Part shown: positions 24,959 to 37,631 of the stretch, piece by piece
Layout: every line of letters starts with the position of its first letter
Numbering within the stretch: position 1 is the first letter of the stretch
Source: Sphyrna mokarran
Lineage: Eukaryota
Assembly (NCBI GenBank): GCA_024679065.1
Contig: JAGIQG010000032.1
Span: forward strand, 13,392,001-13,456,000
DNA: 64,000 nt
Direction: 5' to 3'
Program-made: the position numbers and the translations under genes
The notes under the pieces: model-generated
Told to the model about the DNA's origin: nothing
Seen by the model: the letters and a program-made list of their open reading frames with translations, nothing else
The model's database searches: none

Positions 24959-25297
24959 CTTGGGATAGCAGCACTTGTTGGGAGCCATCTTCGTCAAATC
25001 TCTGCCTGATGGACTCAGAGAGTTTGATCACCAAAAGACCAGTTGCCTCCTCTTTTTATATGCCATCTTATTATCAATAAGTTTTGACATAGGCCCCTGT
25101 CCCCTGGCAACCAGGCTATATGGTCTTGTTGCCAGAAAGATTTCATCAGCAATCACAATCCCCTCCCCAAAATGGCTAAAACTACTTTTACTTTGAATGA
25201 AATGAGACAGTTGAAAACATAGCCACTTATAAAGTCTAGTGAAAGAACACATCATCCCCTGTTGTGGTTTCTGTAAATGTTTTACTGTAATTTACAT

Positions 25298-25620
25298 TTT
25301 TCAAATGAGACGATTATTCAGGGCCCCATTAACCCTCTCACATGGATGTAAAAGATCCCCTGGCACAATTGCAAAGAAGAGTAGTTATTTCTCTTGTACT
25401 GGACAATATGTATCCTCTGTCAAAATCACGAAGAACAAATGATCTGATCATTATCATGTTGCTCTTCATGGGACATTGCTGTGTCCAAGTTGCTTACCTC
25501 ATCTCCTAACCATGACAACAGTGATGACATTTCAAAAAAATGTACTTCATTGGCTGTAAAATGCTTTGAAACATCCAGAGGTTATGAAACGCCTCACATA
25601 AATGCAAGTGTTTCTTCCTA
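25298..25620 (+). mobile_element. DeuSINE (SacSINE1/AmnSINE1-type) with L2-type tail
   Basis: TCAAATGAGACG..GGATGTAAAAGATCCCCTGGCAC..TGCTGTGTCCAAGTTG..GTACTTCATTGGCTGTAAA..ATAAATGCAAGT. Confidence 0.8.
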
Positions 25621-26448
25621 AAAAAAAATTCTTTTTCAAAGCCTTACAAATTGTGCGTTCTTAAGTGGTGCATCCATGCAATGTAGTATTCTTTTGCTTC
25701 ACTAGTAATTTTCAATGATTAAAAAGTTGGCAAAATAGTCTGATTAGACAAACTGCTCTTTTCATTCAGTCAAAAAAAGCAGTGTCCTGCACTGACATTG
25801 CAAGGTTAGATCAATAAAAGGTAGATTTTGTGTGAGCTTTAGTTATGCTATGACTAGTGCAAAACAATGCAATCTGTAGGAGATATCTTAATTTCCCTCA
25901 GTCCTTCCAAATTATGGAGTAAGTTATTCATATTGTTGGAGATCAATCATCTTAGCTCCAGGATGTCATTGCAGGGTTTCCTCAGGGAAGTGTTCTATGC
26001 CCCAATCATCTTCATCAATGAACTTCCTTCTATCATAAGGTTAGAAATGGAGATGTTCACAGATGACTATACAGTGTTCAGCATTGTTCATTCTTCAGAT
26101 ACTGAAGCAGTTCATGTCCAAATACAGCAAGACCTTGACAATATCCAGACTTAGGTTGGCAAATGGCAAGTAACATTTGCAGCACACAAGTGCCAGGCAA
26201 TGACCACCTCTAACAAAAGAATTTTGATCACTGCCCCTTGACATTCAATGGCATTAGTATCACTAAATGCTCCACAATCAACATCCTGAGATTACCATTG
26301 ATCAGAAAAACTCAATTGGTATAGCCATATAAATACTGTTTTACTCCTGACACTGCCCCTGCCCCCCCCAAAAAACCTGTCCACTATCTACAAGACAGAA
26401 GTCAGGAGTGACTAACTAACTCTCCACTTAGTTAGATGAGTAGAACTT

Positions 26449-27648
26449 AACATAGAACATAGAACACCACAGCACAAACAGGCCCTTCGGCCCACGAGTT
26501 GCGCCGATCACATCTACCAATCCACAGACCTATCCATAACCCCCTATCCTATTCTTTTCCATATACTCATCAGAAGTCTTTTAAAAGACCCCAGTGAGTT
26601 TGCCTCAACAACCTCCGACAGCAGTCGGTTCCATTTACTCACCACCCTCTGAGTGAAAAACCTACCCCTGACATCTCCTTTGTATTTGCTTCCCTGCCCC
26701 TTAAATCTGTGTCCTCTCATAGTGACCATTTCAGCTCGGGGAAATAGTCTCTGAGATTCCACCCTATCTATTCCTCTCAACATTTTATAAGCCTCTATCA
26801 GGTTGCCTCTCAACCTACGTCTCTCCAGTGAGAAGAGTCCCAGCTCCCTCAACCTATCTTCGTAAGGCCTGCCTCCCAATCCAGGCAGCATCCTTGTAAA
26901 TCTCCTCTGAACTCTCTCAATAGCCTCTACATCCTTCCTATAATGAGGCGACCAGAACTGCGCACAATATTCCAACCGGGGTCTGACAAGAGTCTTATAG
27001 AGCTGCATCATTACCTCCTGGTTCCTAAACTCTATTCCTCGATTAATGAAGGCCAGTACACTGTACGCCTTCTTGACCACTTCCTCCACCTGCGAGGCCA
27101 ATTTAAGAGTCCTATGGGCCCGGACCCCGAGATCCTTCTGTTCTACAACACAGCTAAGACTCCTACCCCTTATATTGTACTCCTTCATCCCATTATTCCT
27201 GCCAGAATGGACCACTACACATTTATCTGCGTTGAAGTCCATCTGCCACTTCTCCGCCCAGTCTTGCATCCTGTCTATGTCCCGCTGCAACTTTTGGCAT
27301 CCTTCCAGAACATCCACAACACCACCGATCTTTTCATCGTCGGCGAACTTGCTAACCCATCCCTCCACTTCCTCATCCAGGTCATTTATGAAAATGACAA
27401 ACAGCAGGGGTCCCAGAACAGATCCCTGGGGCACTCCTCTGGTTACCGACCTCCATTCAGAACAAGACCCATCCACAACCACTCTCTGCCTTCTGCCGGC
27501 AAGCCAGTTCTGGATCCATGAGGCCAAAGCCCTTTGGATCCCATGCCCTCTCACCTTCTCCAGAAGCCTTGCATGGGGGACCTTATCAAACGCCTTACTA
27601 AAGTCCATGTACACTATGTCCACCGCCCTTCGTCAATGTGTTCAGTCA
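26449..27648 (-). mobile_element. Young 5'-truncated CR1 (HER1-like) LINE, copy 1
   Basis: Intact RT frame, GGCCGAAGGGCC stem-loop, (GTTCTAT)n tail at 26449-26466; CpGs retained. Confidence 0.95.
26544..27623 (-). CDS. CR1 ORF2 reverse transcriptase, C-terminal 359 aa (truncated; the annotated start is not a real start)
   Basis: YMDFSKAFDKV, GVPQGSVLGPLLF, KFADD, LEYCAQFWSP, RRLRGNLI motifs. Confidence 0.9.
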   Translation of the reverse strand: MDIVYMDFSKAFDKVPHARLLEKVRGHGIQRALASWIQNWLAGRRQRVVVDGSCSEWRSVTRGVPQGSVLGPLLFVIFINDLDEEVEGWVSKFADDEKIGGVVDVLEGCQKLQRDIDRMQDWAEKWQMDFNADKCVVVHSGRNNGMKEYNIRGRSLSCVVEQKDLGVRAHRTLKLASQVEEVVKKAYSVLAFINRGIEFRNQEVMMQLYKTLVRPRLEYCAQFWSPHYRKDVEAIERVQRRFTRMLPGLGGRPYEDRLRELGLFSLERRRLRGNLIEAYKMLRGIDRVESQRLFPRAEMVTMRGHRFKGQGSKYKGDVRGRFFTQRVVSKWNRLLSEVVEANSLGSFKRLLMSIWKRIG

Positions 27649-28174
27649 TAGAACATAGAACATAGAACACTACAGCACAAACAGGCCCTTCGGCCCACAA
27701 GTTGTGCCGAACACATCAAAAACCTACCCAGCCATAGACCTATCTATAACCCCCAATCCCATTGGATCCCATATACTCATCCAGAAGTCTTTTAAAAGAC
27801 CCCAGCGAGTTCGCCTCGACCACCACCGACGGCAGCCGATTCCATTCACTCACCACCCTCTGAGTGAAAAACTTTCCCTAGCATCCCCTCTGTACTTGCT
27901 TCCCTGCACCTTAAATCTGTGCCCTCTCGTCGCGACCATTTCAGCCCTGGGAAATAGTCTCTGAGAGTCCACCCTATCTAATCCTCTCAACATCTTGTAA
28001 ACCTCTATCAGGTCGCCTCTCAACCTTCGTCTCTCCAGGGAGAACAGTCCCAGCTCCCTCAACCTGTCTTCATAAGGCATGCCTCCCAATCCAGGCAACA
28101 TCCTTGTAAATCTCCTCTGCACCCTTTCAATAGCTTCCACGTCCTTCCTATAGTGAGGCGACCAGAACTGCGCA
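27649..28174 (-). mobile_element. Young 5'-truncated CR1 LINE, copy 2, nested near the 5' end of copy 1
   Basis: Own (GTTCTAT)n tail at 27649-27668; ORF 27850-28140; flanked by CAGTCA at 27643-27648 and 28175-28180. Confidence 0.92.
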
Positions 28175-28795
28175 CAGTCACTTCAATAACACTCAAGAAG
28201 CTTGACATCATCGAGGAAAAATCAGCCTGCTTAATTGCTATGTCTTCCACAAACATTCCACCACTAATAGATAGTGGCAGCAGCGCATACCATATACAAG
28301 AAGCATTCATAAACTCACCAAAATTCCTTAGGCAGTGACTTCCAAACCCGCAGCCAGTACTACCTAGAAGGACAAGAGCAGCAGATACTCAGGATCACAC
28401 CACCCTAGAGGTTCCCCTCCAAGTCATTCTGACTTGGAAATATATTGCTGTTCATTCCTTGTCACTATGTCAAAATCCATCCCTCTCTAACAGCACTGTG
28501 GCTGTACTTACACTTGAGAGATTGCAATGGTTCACCACCATCCTCTGAAGGGCAATGAGGCACAGGCAATAATTACTGGCTGAGCCAACGACAACAGCCA
28601 CATCTTTAAAAGTGAATTTTAAAATATGTATGTTTACTTGAGTTGTAAAAGTAGCTTTAATGTGTGCAATCCGTACATATCTAATTCTTGTGTGGATCCC
28701 CTACTGTACTGATTACTCGGTCTCATCAAAACCACAGCATTGCAACACCATGTGACATTAAAGCTGCTGAACTGTCACGCCTTATAGTCAGAGAT

Positions 28796-29085
28796 ATCAT
28801 AGAATCCCTACAGTGCCTAAGGAAGCCATTCGGCTCATTGAGTTGCACCGACACCAATCCCACCCAGGGTCTATCCTTGCTTAGTTACCCTGCTGATCCC
28901 TGTAACCTATGGGACCCTAAGGGTTAACTTAGCATGTCCAATCAACCCAACCTGCATGTCTTTGGACTGTGTGAGGAAACCGGGGCACCCGAAAGAAACC
29001 ACTCAGAAACGGGGAAAATGTGCCAACTCCACACAGTGACCCAAACCGGAAATGGAACCCGATCCCTAACCACTGTGCCACCATA
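28796..29085 (-). mobile_element. V-SINE HE1-like, CR1-type tail
   Basis: Minus strand: TGGTGGCACAGTGGTTAG head, V-domain, tail CACTGTAGGGATTCTATGAT. Confidence 0.85.
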
Positions 29086-29519
29086 CTGCCATGATGATTG
29101 GTGCAAAATGCAGTGCTGGATAGGTCTAAAATATTGCTCAAGTTGCTGTTTTAGAAAGAAGGGAGCAACTTTGCAGGACCTTTGCTCATGGCCGGAATGA
29201 GTTTGATATGATTAATAAGCTTTAACACATTGTGCTTTCTTATTGAACCTGATTTCCCACCATTATTCATTGATCACAGCATAGATTGAGCCAGTAAAAG
29301 TTGTACTGTAGAACTTTTGGGGAACAATTATTATGAAGGAATTTCTTTATTCTGTGGGATTACTAAATCCGCGAATAAATTGAAAGTTTGAAAATTCAAT
29401 CAGGTCATACTTTTACAACGCAACCAGGAGTTCAGGTGTCTATTAGCAACTTAGCAAATGGTGTTTCCCATTATAGCAATAGAATGATGTAACGTAAAGC
29501 ACATTCTCTAATGTAGTGG

Positions 29520-29770
29520 TAGTCAAGTGGATGTTAAAAATCTAATGACACTGCTCAAAGAAGAACAGTAATTCTCTTGGCTTATCCAAGTGCCATCAAT
29601 CACTGTCACCAAAAAGAGAAATTAACTAGTCAGTCATCTCGTCACTTCCATGTTAGCCAACATAACCATGTCACTGCAGTTCCAAGTAATTCATTGTGAA
29701 ACACTTGACGACCTTTAAAGCAGTGATAATGTGTGGTGATTAAGTAATGATAAATGCACACTGGTTGTTT
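29520..29770 (+). mobile_element. Degenerate DeuSINE
   Basis: CAAGTGGATGTTAAAAATCTAATGACACTGCTCAAAGAAGAACAG..TCCAAGTAATTCATTGTGAAACAC..ATAAATGCA. Confidence 0.55.
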
Positions 29771-30477
29771 CTTTTTCTGCATTACTTACTTTAATGTAAC
29801 AGTGTTCGAGTTTCTCAGAAATAGCATTCTCTTCCTTCCGTTGCAAGGGTTTTTATGGTTTACCCTTTTTTCTGGCCACATATGTATTCCCCAGTTTTTT
29901 TTGCAATACATCAACCAACAGGATAACAAAGACTGGATCGCTGCGTATTTGGGCCGACTCTGAAAGACTTTAAAAATAGAGGACCCAACCCAGACGCAAA
30001 GCTCCCCACGCCATTTTCAGCTGTTTTGTTTGTGGAAGGAAGAGGTGGGGTATGAATCACATGAAACTCGCACAAAACAGGGTCATTTGAAATTTCTGCT
30101 AAGTTCAAACAGATCCTACAATGGTGATTGCAAGGGCTATGCTTTATAACGTGAAAGTCCCAAATTGATGGAGGAAACATAAACGGTCTTGACAGATGGA
30201 CGTCTATTAAGTCTCACGATCGAAGTTATTGAAAACCATAGCCGGTTCAACACAAAGCACAGAAGCTGCAGCTGCCAGTTTATAAAACAAATGTGTGTTT
30301 TTGGACTAGATTGATTGACAAGCCATCCCGTGTACCTTTGAAAAAAATACCATCACCATCTGTTCCTGCAATTTCAATAGTCTCTATTTTTAATACTTCC
30401 CAAGGTGAACTCATTATGAATGTTTGGCTGAGTTTCAGAATTTCCCAGTAACGGTTCACTATGGAGAGACACTGATT

Positions 30478-31216
30478 TATCAACTGAGGGAATAGCTAGG
30501 TGGTAACCAGCAGGATGTTTCCTCACTTATATTCAATCTGATACCATGAGACTTCATGGTGTCTGGTATCAATATTGAAGAGTCCCATGATGATCCCTTT
30601 CAACTGTATACCACTATACTGCCAACTCTGTTCATCTGCCTTGCTGGTGGCAAAGGACATACCCATGATTGGTGATGGTAGTCTCTGGGACATTATCTGT
30701 AACATACAATTCCGTGAATTTGATCATGTTAGCCATTTTCTTGACTAATCTATGAGACAGCTCTCCCAATTGTTAGCAAGGATGACTTTGCAAGGTTGAA
30801 AGGGTTCACAAAGTTTGCCGTTACCATTTCTGGCACTTAAGTGAATGCTGGGTGGCCTGTCTGGTTTCTTCCTTTTAGGCTTTGTAGCAGTTTGATAAAA
30901 CTAAGTTGCTCAGCCCTTTCAGAGGGCAGTTAGGAATCAACCACATCGCTGTACATCTAGAAACACATATAGGCCAGACCAAGTAAGGACTATAGATTGC
31001 ATTTCCTCAAGGACATTGGTGAACCAGATGGGTTTTTACAACAATTGACAATTGGTTTTGTAATTACCATTTAGACTAATGTTTAATTTTGGATTTATTA
31101 ATTAAATTTAAATTCCACCAGCTGCCCTAGTAGCTTTGGAACCCATATCCACAGAGAATTATCCTGGGCCTCTACTTACTAGTCCAGTGATATTACCACT
31201 ACACCATTTTGTCCCC
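30478..31216 (-). mobile_element. LINE 5' end: tRNA head + Meta domain + endonuclease N-terminus
   Basis: A-box TGGTGTAGTGG (31196-31206 minus), Meta core ~30920-31015, then LGELSHRLVKKMANMIKFTELYVTDNVPETTIT..GYVL and, after frameshifts, NIDTRHHEVSWYQI (APE domain). Confidence 0.8.
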
Positions 31217-33114
31217 ATGCTGTCTCTGATTACTGAGGTGCCTCAATCTCTTTGTTGCAATCCAAAAATCAGTTCCAGGAATGTTAAACAACTGATCCAA
31301 TGAAGATCCTTTTCTGAGCATGATTGAAGGGAAAAAAATGTATCCACAAATTTTAATCATAACAGTACTTACTGAATACTCATTGTTTATACACTTAGAA
31401 TACAGCAACGTAATTTTTAGTATCTTTATGCTAATTTTTGAGGTCCTTGTTTATTTAGCAGAACTAATCTTCTCTGAGCTCATCAGCACTAGCCTACAAA
31501 ACCCCAATAGTTTTGTGGCTTCAGTTCCATAATGCACATCTGGAAGGAATGTTGCATTTTTTTTAGGTGAAAAAAAATCTGCTCATTGCATGTGTGTAGT
31601 TTCATTATTTTTTTCAAGCCAAAGGTTTCCTGCAGTTATGGAAATTTCCAGTGAAAGGCAAAAGGGAAAAAGAAAAGCAGCTCCTTTCCTCAGTTTATCT
31701 ACAAACACAATACCGAAGCCATTGATTGATGATGACAAGTAAAAGTTCAATACCATCCCAGGAAAGCATGGAATTCTTTTTTTGGCACAAGTGTGTTAGA
31801 AATTATGATATGTCAGAACTTTTTTCATTACTCTCTGGTTTTCGAAATAGATTATTGCTGGAATGAAACAATACTCACATGTCATAATGATTAGCTTGGA
31901 AGTGACCCTCATATAGTTTAGACATCTGAATTCTATTCTAATGTTACCAACGTGTTTTCAGCCCTGCCAAAAGTTTGAGCAGGTCTATATTTCCTTTAGA
32001 ACATCAAACCGAAGAGATTTATCATGGAGATTTATCATGGGACAGACATCCAGATGGTCTGGGTATTTTAGCTGTTGGTCTGGTGTTGGCCTGATTGGAC
32101 CCATGTCATTGCCTAGTTAGAATCTAATACATCAGCTATTCTAGGGAACTGCTTGACTTTCTTTGAGTAATGTAGAAATATTAATGTCCTGGCAGATGTG
32201 GAATAGCTTGTCATTTTAAAGGAAAACCAAGCCATACCCAATTACCCTTAATTATGTTATAATTAGAGTATGATTTGTGTTATAAAAACTGCTGGCTCAG
32301 AGAAATATTTATTCTGATAAATCACATTTAATGTGTGTTAAAATAAAAACCTCTCACAAAATGTTAAAAAGAATAATAACAAAAAGAGGAACATAGGAGG
32401 AGCGATGCAGGATGAGAAGAATCACACCTAACACTACAGTGAAAGCAATAATACCCCTGATTTTGATAATTAAGTTGTCAACTGGAAATTATTTTTTGTT
32501 AATTAGTGTTAAACAACATGTATGGCTATGGCTGTCGTAGAATTTGTACATTCTAGTTTTGTATGTAAGGTATTACATCTCTCATCATTCTAATAAATAA
32601 GGACAACTCATTTCTATTTCAGGATTTGATTGGGTGATCAGTTTTGACATGCACTGTCACTACAAGATGATACAGTTCACTGAATCCAATTTTAACTGTT
32701 GATTTCAGGATACTGTGATTTCATTCTCTAACATCTTTGATTTTCGCAGAGCTGGTGACTAAAATAGCATAAAAACTGATGATTAACCTTTGCACCGGTA
32801 ACGAGACTAACTATTAAAAACGAAAATGTTTATTTCACAAAATGGATAGAACTTAGTAAATAAAATGCAGTTTGTCTTTCTGACGCCAGTCAAATGTTCA
32901 GAGCAGCTTTTAAAAAAAGCTATCCCAGAATTGCAAGTTAAGCGTATGAGGTGGTCTTTACTTTGTATCCAGACAAACTGTGAAGTGTAATTTTGGTGTG
33001 AAATTGTTTGATTCACATCTAATATTGCACTAGGTCAGTGCTAGTGTCATTGACTCCTGATGCATGGGTTTCATGCAACTTGCATTTACTGGGTTTTTCT
33101 AAAGCTAATTTCCA

Positions 33115-33340
33115 AGAGGATACAATCAAGCAGTGCAGAAAGGGGGCCAATTGGCCCATTGTGCATGTGCTGGCCCTTTGAAAAATCTATCCAATTCGTT
33201 CCAGTCATTTGCTATCTCCCTGTGGCCCTGCAAATATTTCCTTTTCTTGTAAATATCCCCTTTTCAAAATTACAATGATGCCTGTTAAATCCAGCACCCT
33301 TTCAGGCAGTGCATTCCACACCTGGTAAAAATGGGTCTTC
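33115..33340 (-). mobile_element. CR1 3' fragment (degenerate)
   Basis: Minus strand GTGTGGAATGCACTGCCTGAAAGGGTGCTGG (VWNALPERVL) and GGGCCAATTGGCC tail. Confidence 0.65.
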
Positions 33341-35649
33341 TCAGCAAACAACCTTGGTGAATTCTGTTAAGCTTGTTTATTAGCTGTGGCCAACTTTGTG
33401 ATAGTCACCTGTTGGGAATTCTTCTTCCCAAAAATATACTATATTCATAAAATTTATCAAGGTATTTTACATAATAGTTCGAATTTTACAATACACAAAA
33501 TGCAATATTGTTCCATTTATCTCAATACAGTAAGTAGCATTCTGAAATGCCTCACGAATACATGCAATTATAGTATTGGACAATGGTGTCACAAGCACAA
33601 GTCAGTGCGCAGCATGAGGAGTTTTTGGTTAAGTGGATGTTGGGCCCACCTCCAGGAAGTAGGTTCACACTGCAGAGTTAATAGTTAAAAAATTTCCCGC
33701 TGGTCCATTGATTTCCCTGGACCAGGAAGTTTTTAACCTTCATTTTTAATCATCCTAATGTTAGCAGAAAGCCAATGGTACAGTAAGCTCTGTGCTAATA
33801 TTAAATTGTAACTAGCATTTGGATCCTATAGAGCAAAGCTTTCTGCATGCGTGGAAGCACTCATACAGAAAGCTAACTCCTATTCCCTCAGCTGGAGACT
33901 AATGTGCATCACCAGTTGCCTTGGCTTTAGTTGGCCGATTTGCTACAGAACAAATTTTAAATTCACCTTTAATCTCAACGGCTGTTTCCAAATTTTTGTT
34001 GCTCTAAAAAGCTCCACATGACAAAAACTGCATTATCTCCCTTGTGACATTGCAGCTTTATTACATTGCCTTCATTTCTCAACTAGAAAATACAGTCATG
34101 CAGTTAAGTACATAATATACTGTGAGCTCTGCATCATGTACTACTATAATTAGCTTTGTCAGGTTCTAGCCTTACAACCTTTATGCAGATAATATGATAA
34201 TATGTCTTCATAACCAGATGACCTTACATGCACAATATTTCTCTCCTTATGAAGATTGCATGTCAATAAAGTAATTGACTCTCAGAAGCAGTGCCAAGTG
34301 AAGATACATGATTGGACTTTCAGAGCAGTGATGTACAATCATTATTATTCTCTGTGTCAGATATCTGCATGCAGGCTTCTGATGGTCATACAATGACAAG
34401 GCTGGGGGTTATGTATAGCGAGAGAAGAGAAAGGCTAGGAATGATATCTTCCAGTCAGATGATGCACCCCTCTGAGTGATCTTCCTTTTCCATCAATGTG
34501 ACATTAAATTTTGAGCTAACAGTTATTGGTGTTGATAGGCACACCCCATGCGGTGAGCCAAACATGGTTGTTTTGATCCCTTGTTCTTTTATTTCCATCC
34601 CTTTTCCCTGTTTTCTGTCACCATGTCATGTTAAATCATTGTTTAGTGGCAGAAGCAGGACCCTCAGGTATTGCGGTATCAAGCTTCCAGAGGCATTATA
34701 AAATGAATATAATAATGTGAACCGGAAAATAGCACAGACCACTTATCAGGCTGGAAAACATCTAATAAGTGTTGTTAGTGGTTTCTGTTGGGCACAAAAC
34801 CAGGCGTTCATCCTCCAGTCATGCAGGTGTGGATTATGCTGTCTGAGAGTCCAGTTATGGGCAACCTTGGCAGATTACTATTGATGTCTGTCACTTCATG
34901 GCTGTCAAGCTGCTTATCTGACTCGTGTTCAAAGAAGCAGAGTGTTCTGGGCCCATGCTACACTGTTGTGCATGAAAAGAAATCTATAAAACCTAGACAT
35001 TTGAGTCAAACAGTTGATGTAAATTCTGTTGCCCTTGGAGAATTTTGTTAATGAGTGTATCAAATTAATGGTTTTACTGGAGTGGCCCATTTTGAATGAG
35101 GAAGGTTTGAAAACACAACAAGGAGGAATACTATGTTGCTGCAATTTCTATCCTCAGGTTCAGAATAATTAACGCACATTACCAAACAAATTGAAAAAAG
35201 AACAAATATCAGTTTGCACCTTTATTTGTAAGGTAAAACTGCATGAGATTGTACTCTGTTGTGGTGATTATTAATGGTCAGTAAATATATTTTAAATTTG
35301 CAATTATATGTGCTTGGAGAAAGTTAATTTAGTTCTCTGTGGAATGATCAGGATTAAGTGCAGTGCATGAATTTTCTCTTTAGTTTACTTATTTTCTCAC
35401 CAGATGTTGACATTTTAATATATTATTATTGTTGCTTTATTATTGTGTCCATTGTCTCAGTATCATATACAAAGTTTATTATTACATTCAGCCATCACCT
35501 AATTAAAGTAAATATTAAAGTTGTACAGCTTCAAGTGCAATATTTGTTTTTTAAAAACTGCCTCTTCCAGATTTGAGCACAAAATATGGACTTATTTTAG
35601 CAATAAGTTGAAATATTAGAAGCAGTTTTTTTCAATCGCATTAAAGCAT

Positions 35650-35945
35650 AGTTCCATCTGCCTGGTTAAGTGAATATGAAAAATCTCATACAGCAATTAA
35701 GGATTTAGCAAGACATTTTCCTGACGTGTTATTGGCCATCATTTCTCCCTCAACCAATACTGGCATAAAATTCAAATGATGTGGTCAGTCATTCATTTGC
35801 TCTTTGTTTCTAAGTCTTACTATGTATTAATTGGCTCTGAACTTTGCTTATATTAATAAGAGTGAAGTTGATTGCATTTCAAAAGTACTGTATAGGATGT
35901 GACATGTTTTAGGATACCCTGAAAGTTTGGTAAGATGTTAATTAA
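35650..35945 (+). mobile_element. Degenerate DeuSINE
   Basis: GTGAATATGAAAAATCTCAT..TGGCCATCATTTCTCCCTCAACCAA..CATTTCAAAAGTACT..GGATACCCTGA. Confidence 0.55.
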
Positions 35946-37213
35946 TTTGTTATTTGACTTCATTCATTGATCTGAGTCTTGTGGTTCATTGGCTGGTCTA
36001 TCAATAATAATAAAGATTGACCCATTCTTGGCCAGTCTCTAGGACAAAGTTCCATTTTAAATGAGTATTTCACCTCAGGGAAGGATTCATATTTCCTGCT
36101 GTAGCTCACAAGACCACATTTTCTATTGGTTAAATAAATTAAGACCATATCTTCCTCTGCGGGCTAGTTTATAAAATATTGGATATGAGTATATAGTAAG
36201 ATCACTATAAAGCTGTAGATCTGTGCCTTGATTCTAGGATAACAAGAGTTTATTATAATTAACTCTGAAAAGTTTGCTTGTTAGACTCTTTGAAATGAGT
36301 AATAAGTCTGTCCAATAAAGTATTGAGAACAGCTAGACTTATGAGTTTTGTTAGTGAGTGTGTGAGGTAGGTAGCCTGCGTCCCTGCAATCACATGAGAA
36401 TAAATTTAGCAGGACTGTCTCTTATGAATGCACTCACTGATGAGATGGGATACAATTGTCCCTGTCCTTCTGGACTTGGAAAACTTTGGAAAGAAACCAG
36501 CCAGGATTCAATGGATAAAATTTAATTTGAATAGATAATCTGGATTCCATTCACTTGTGGAATTTGAGATGGAATTTGGCACAACGTTCCTTGAAAGAAT
36601 TGAACAGACTTGGTAAAATCCATGAATAAGTAGATTATTTGTTGCCTGAGGAGGGACCACACTTATAGATAGATAAATGGTCTTTTGTTATTAATTGTAA
36701 TTCAACCTTTTTAATGAAGGAAACACCAAGTGATATAATGCAGTGATATAACAACACATTTTACATGGAATACAAGGAAATGTTTCATATCCCCTGCATT
36801 GTGATTTTTTTCACCCTCAACTGATGTTTCAGGGAAAGTTAACAAGTGGATATTTCCTGGAAAGAAAGGGAAGGCCAGTTGTAGTGTAATGCAATATGTG
36901 TATGATTTTGTGTGCATTCCAATACCATTCATCCCACAGCAATGTTATTGATGCATTTACAGGTAAATTAAGTACTGCAGGAGAAAGGAATGGAGGAATA
37001 TGTTGACATGGTAAGGTGGTGTAAGATGAGAGGAAACATGGGAAATGAGAAACTGTCAGATGTTAATTCATGCCCTCTTTATTTGCATATCAAGAAACAG
37101 TTCAAGGACTGCACTTTGCTAGAGGAAATAGATGGTGAATGATGTCATAAAAAGACTTGAGACCAAAATGTTGAAGCATTTTGCTACCTTCCAACGCTGC
37201 AGAAAAAGTTAAC

Positions 37214-37631
37214 TTAGAACATAGAACATTACAGCGCAGAACAGGCACTTCGGCCTTCAATGTTGCACCGACCAATTAAGAAAAAGCAATGACCCTCTAA
37301 CCTAAACCATTCCCTTTTCATCCATAAACTTATCTACTAACCTCTTAAACGCCACCAAACTTGGCGCATCTACAACTGCAGCAGGCAGGGCATTCCATAC
37401 CCTTACCACCCTCTGGGTAAAGAACCTACCTCTGATATCCGTCCTATAACTACCACCCCTTAATTTAAAGCTATGTCCCCTCGTGCTAGCTTTCTCCATC
37501 CTAGGAAAAAGGCTATCACTGTCCACCCTATCTAAACCTCTAATCATCTTATATGTTTCAATAAGGTCTCCTCTTAGCCGCCTTCTTTCTAATGAAAACA
37601 ACTTCAAATCCCTCAGCCTCTTTCATAAGAC
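37214..37631 (-). mobile_element. Young CR1 LINE 3' fragment
   Basis: ORF 37302-37607 is nearly identical to the C-terminus of the 39188 copy; (GTTCTAT)n tail. Confidence 0.95.

Larger units (their letters stand above)
25930..28620 (+). mobile_element. Old CR1-group LINE RT + 3' end, split by two young CR1 insertions
   Basis: Left part IFINELPSIIRLEMEMFTDDYTVF..QQDLDNIQ (to ~26448); resumes at ~28181 with TLKKLDIIEEKSACLI and runs to the tail AAGGGCAATGAGG..CAATAATTACTGGC. Confidence 0.85.

Noticed and set aside
26943-27651. Plus-strand ORFs of 192 aa and 201 aa
   Set aside because: Antisense shadows of the CR1 RT frame; no independent protein signal.
32014-32040. 13-bp tandem duplication AGATTT(T)ATCATGG x2
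   Set aside because: Ordinary slippage-type microduplication.
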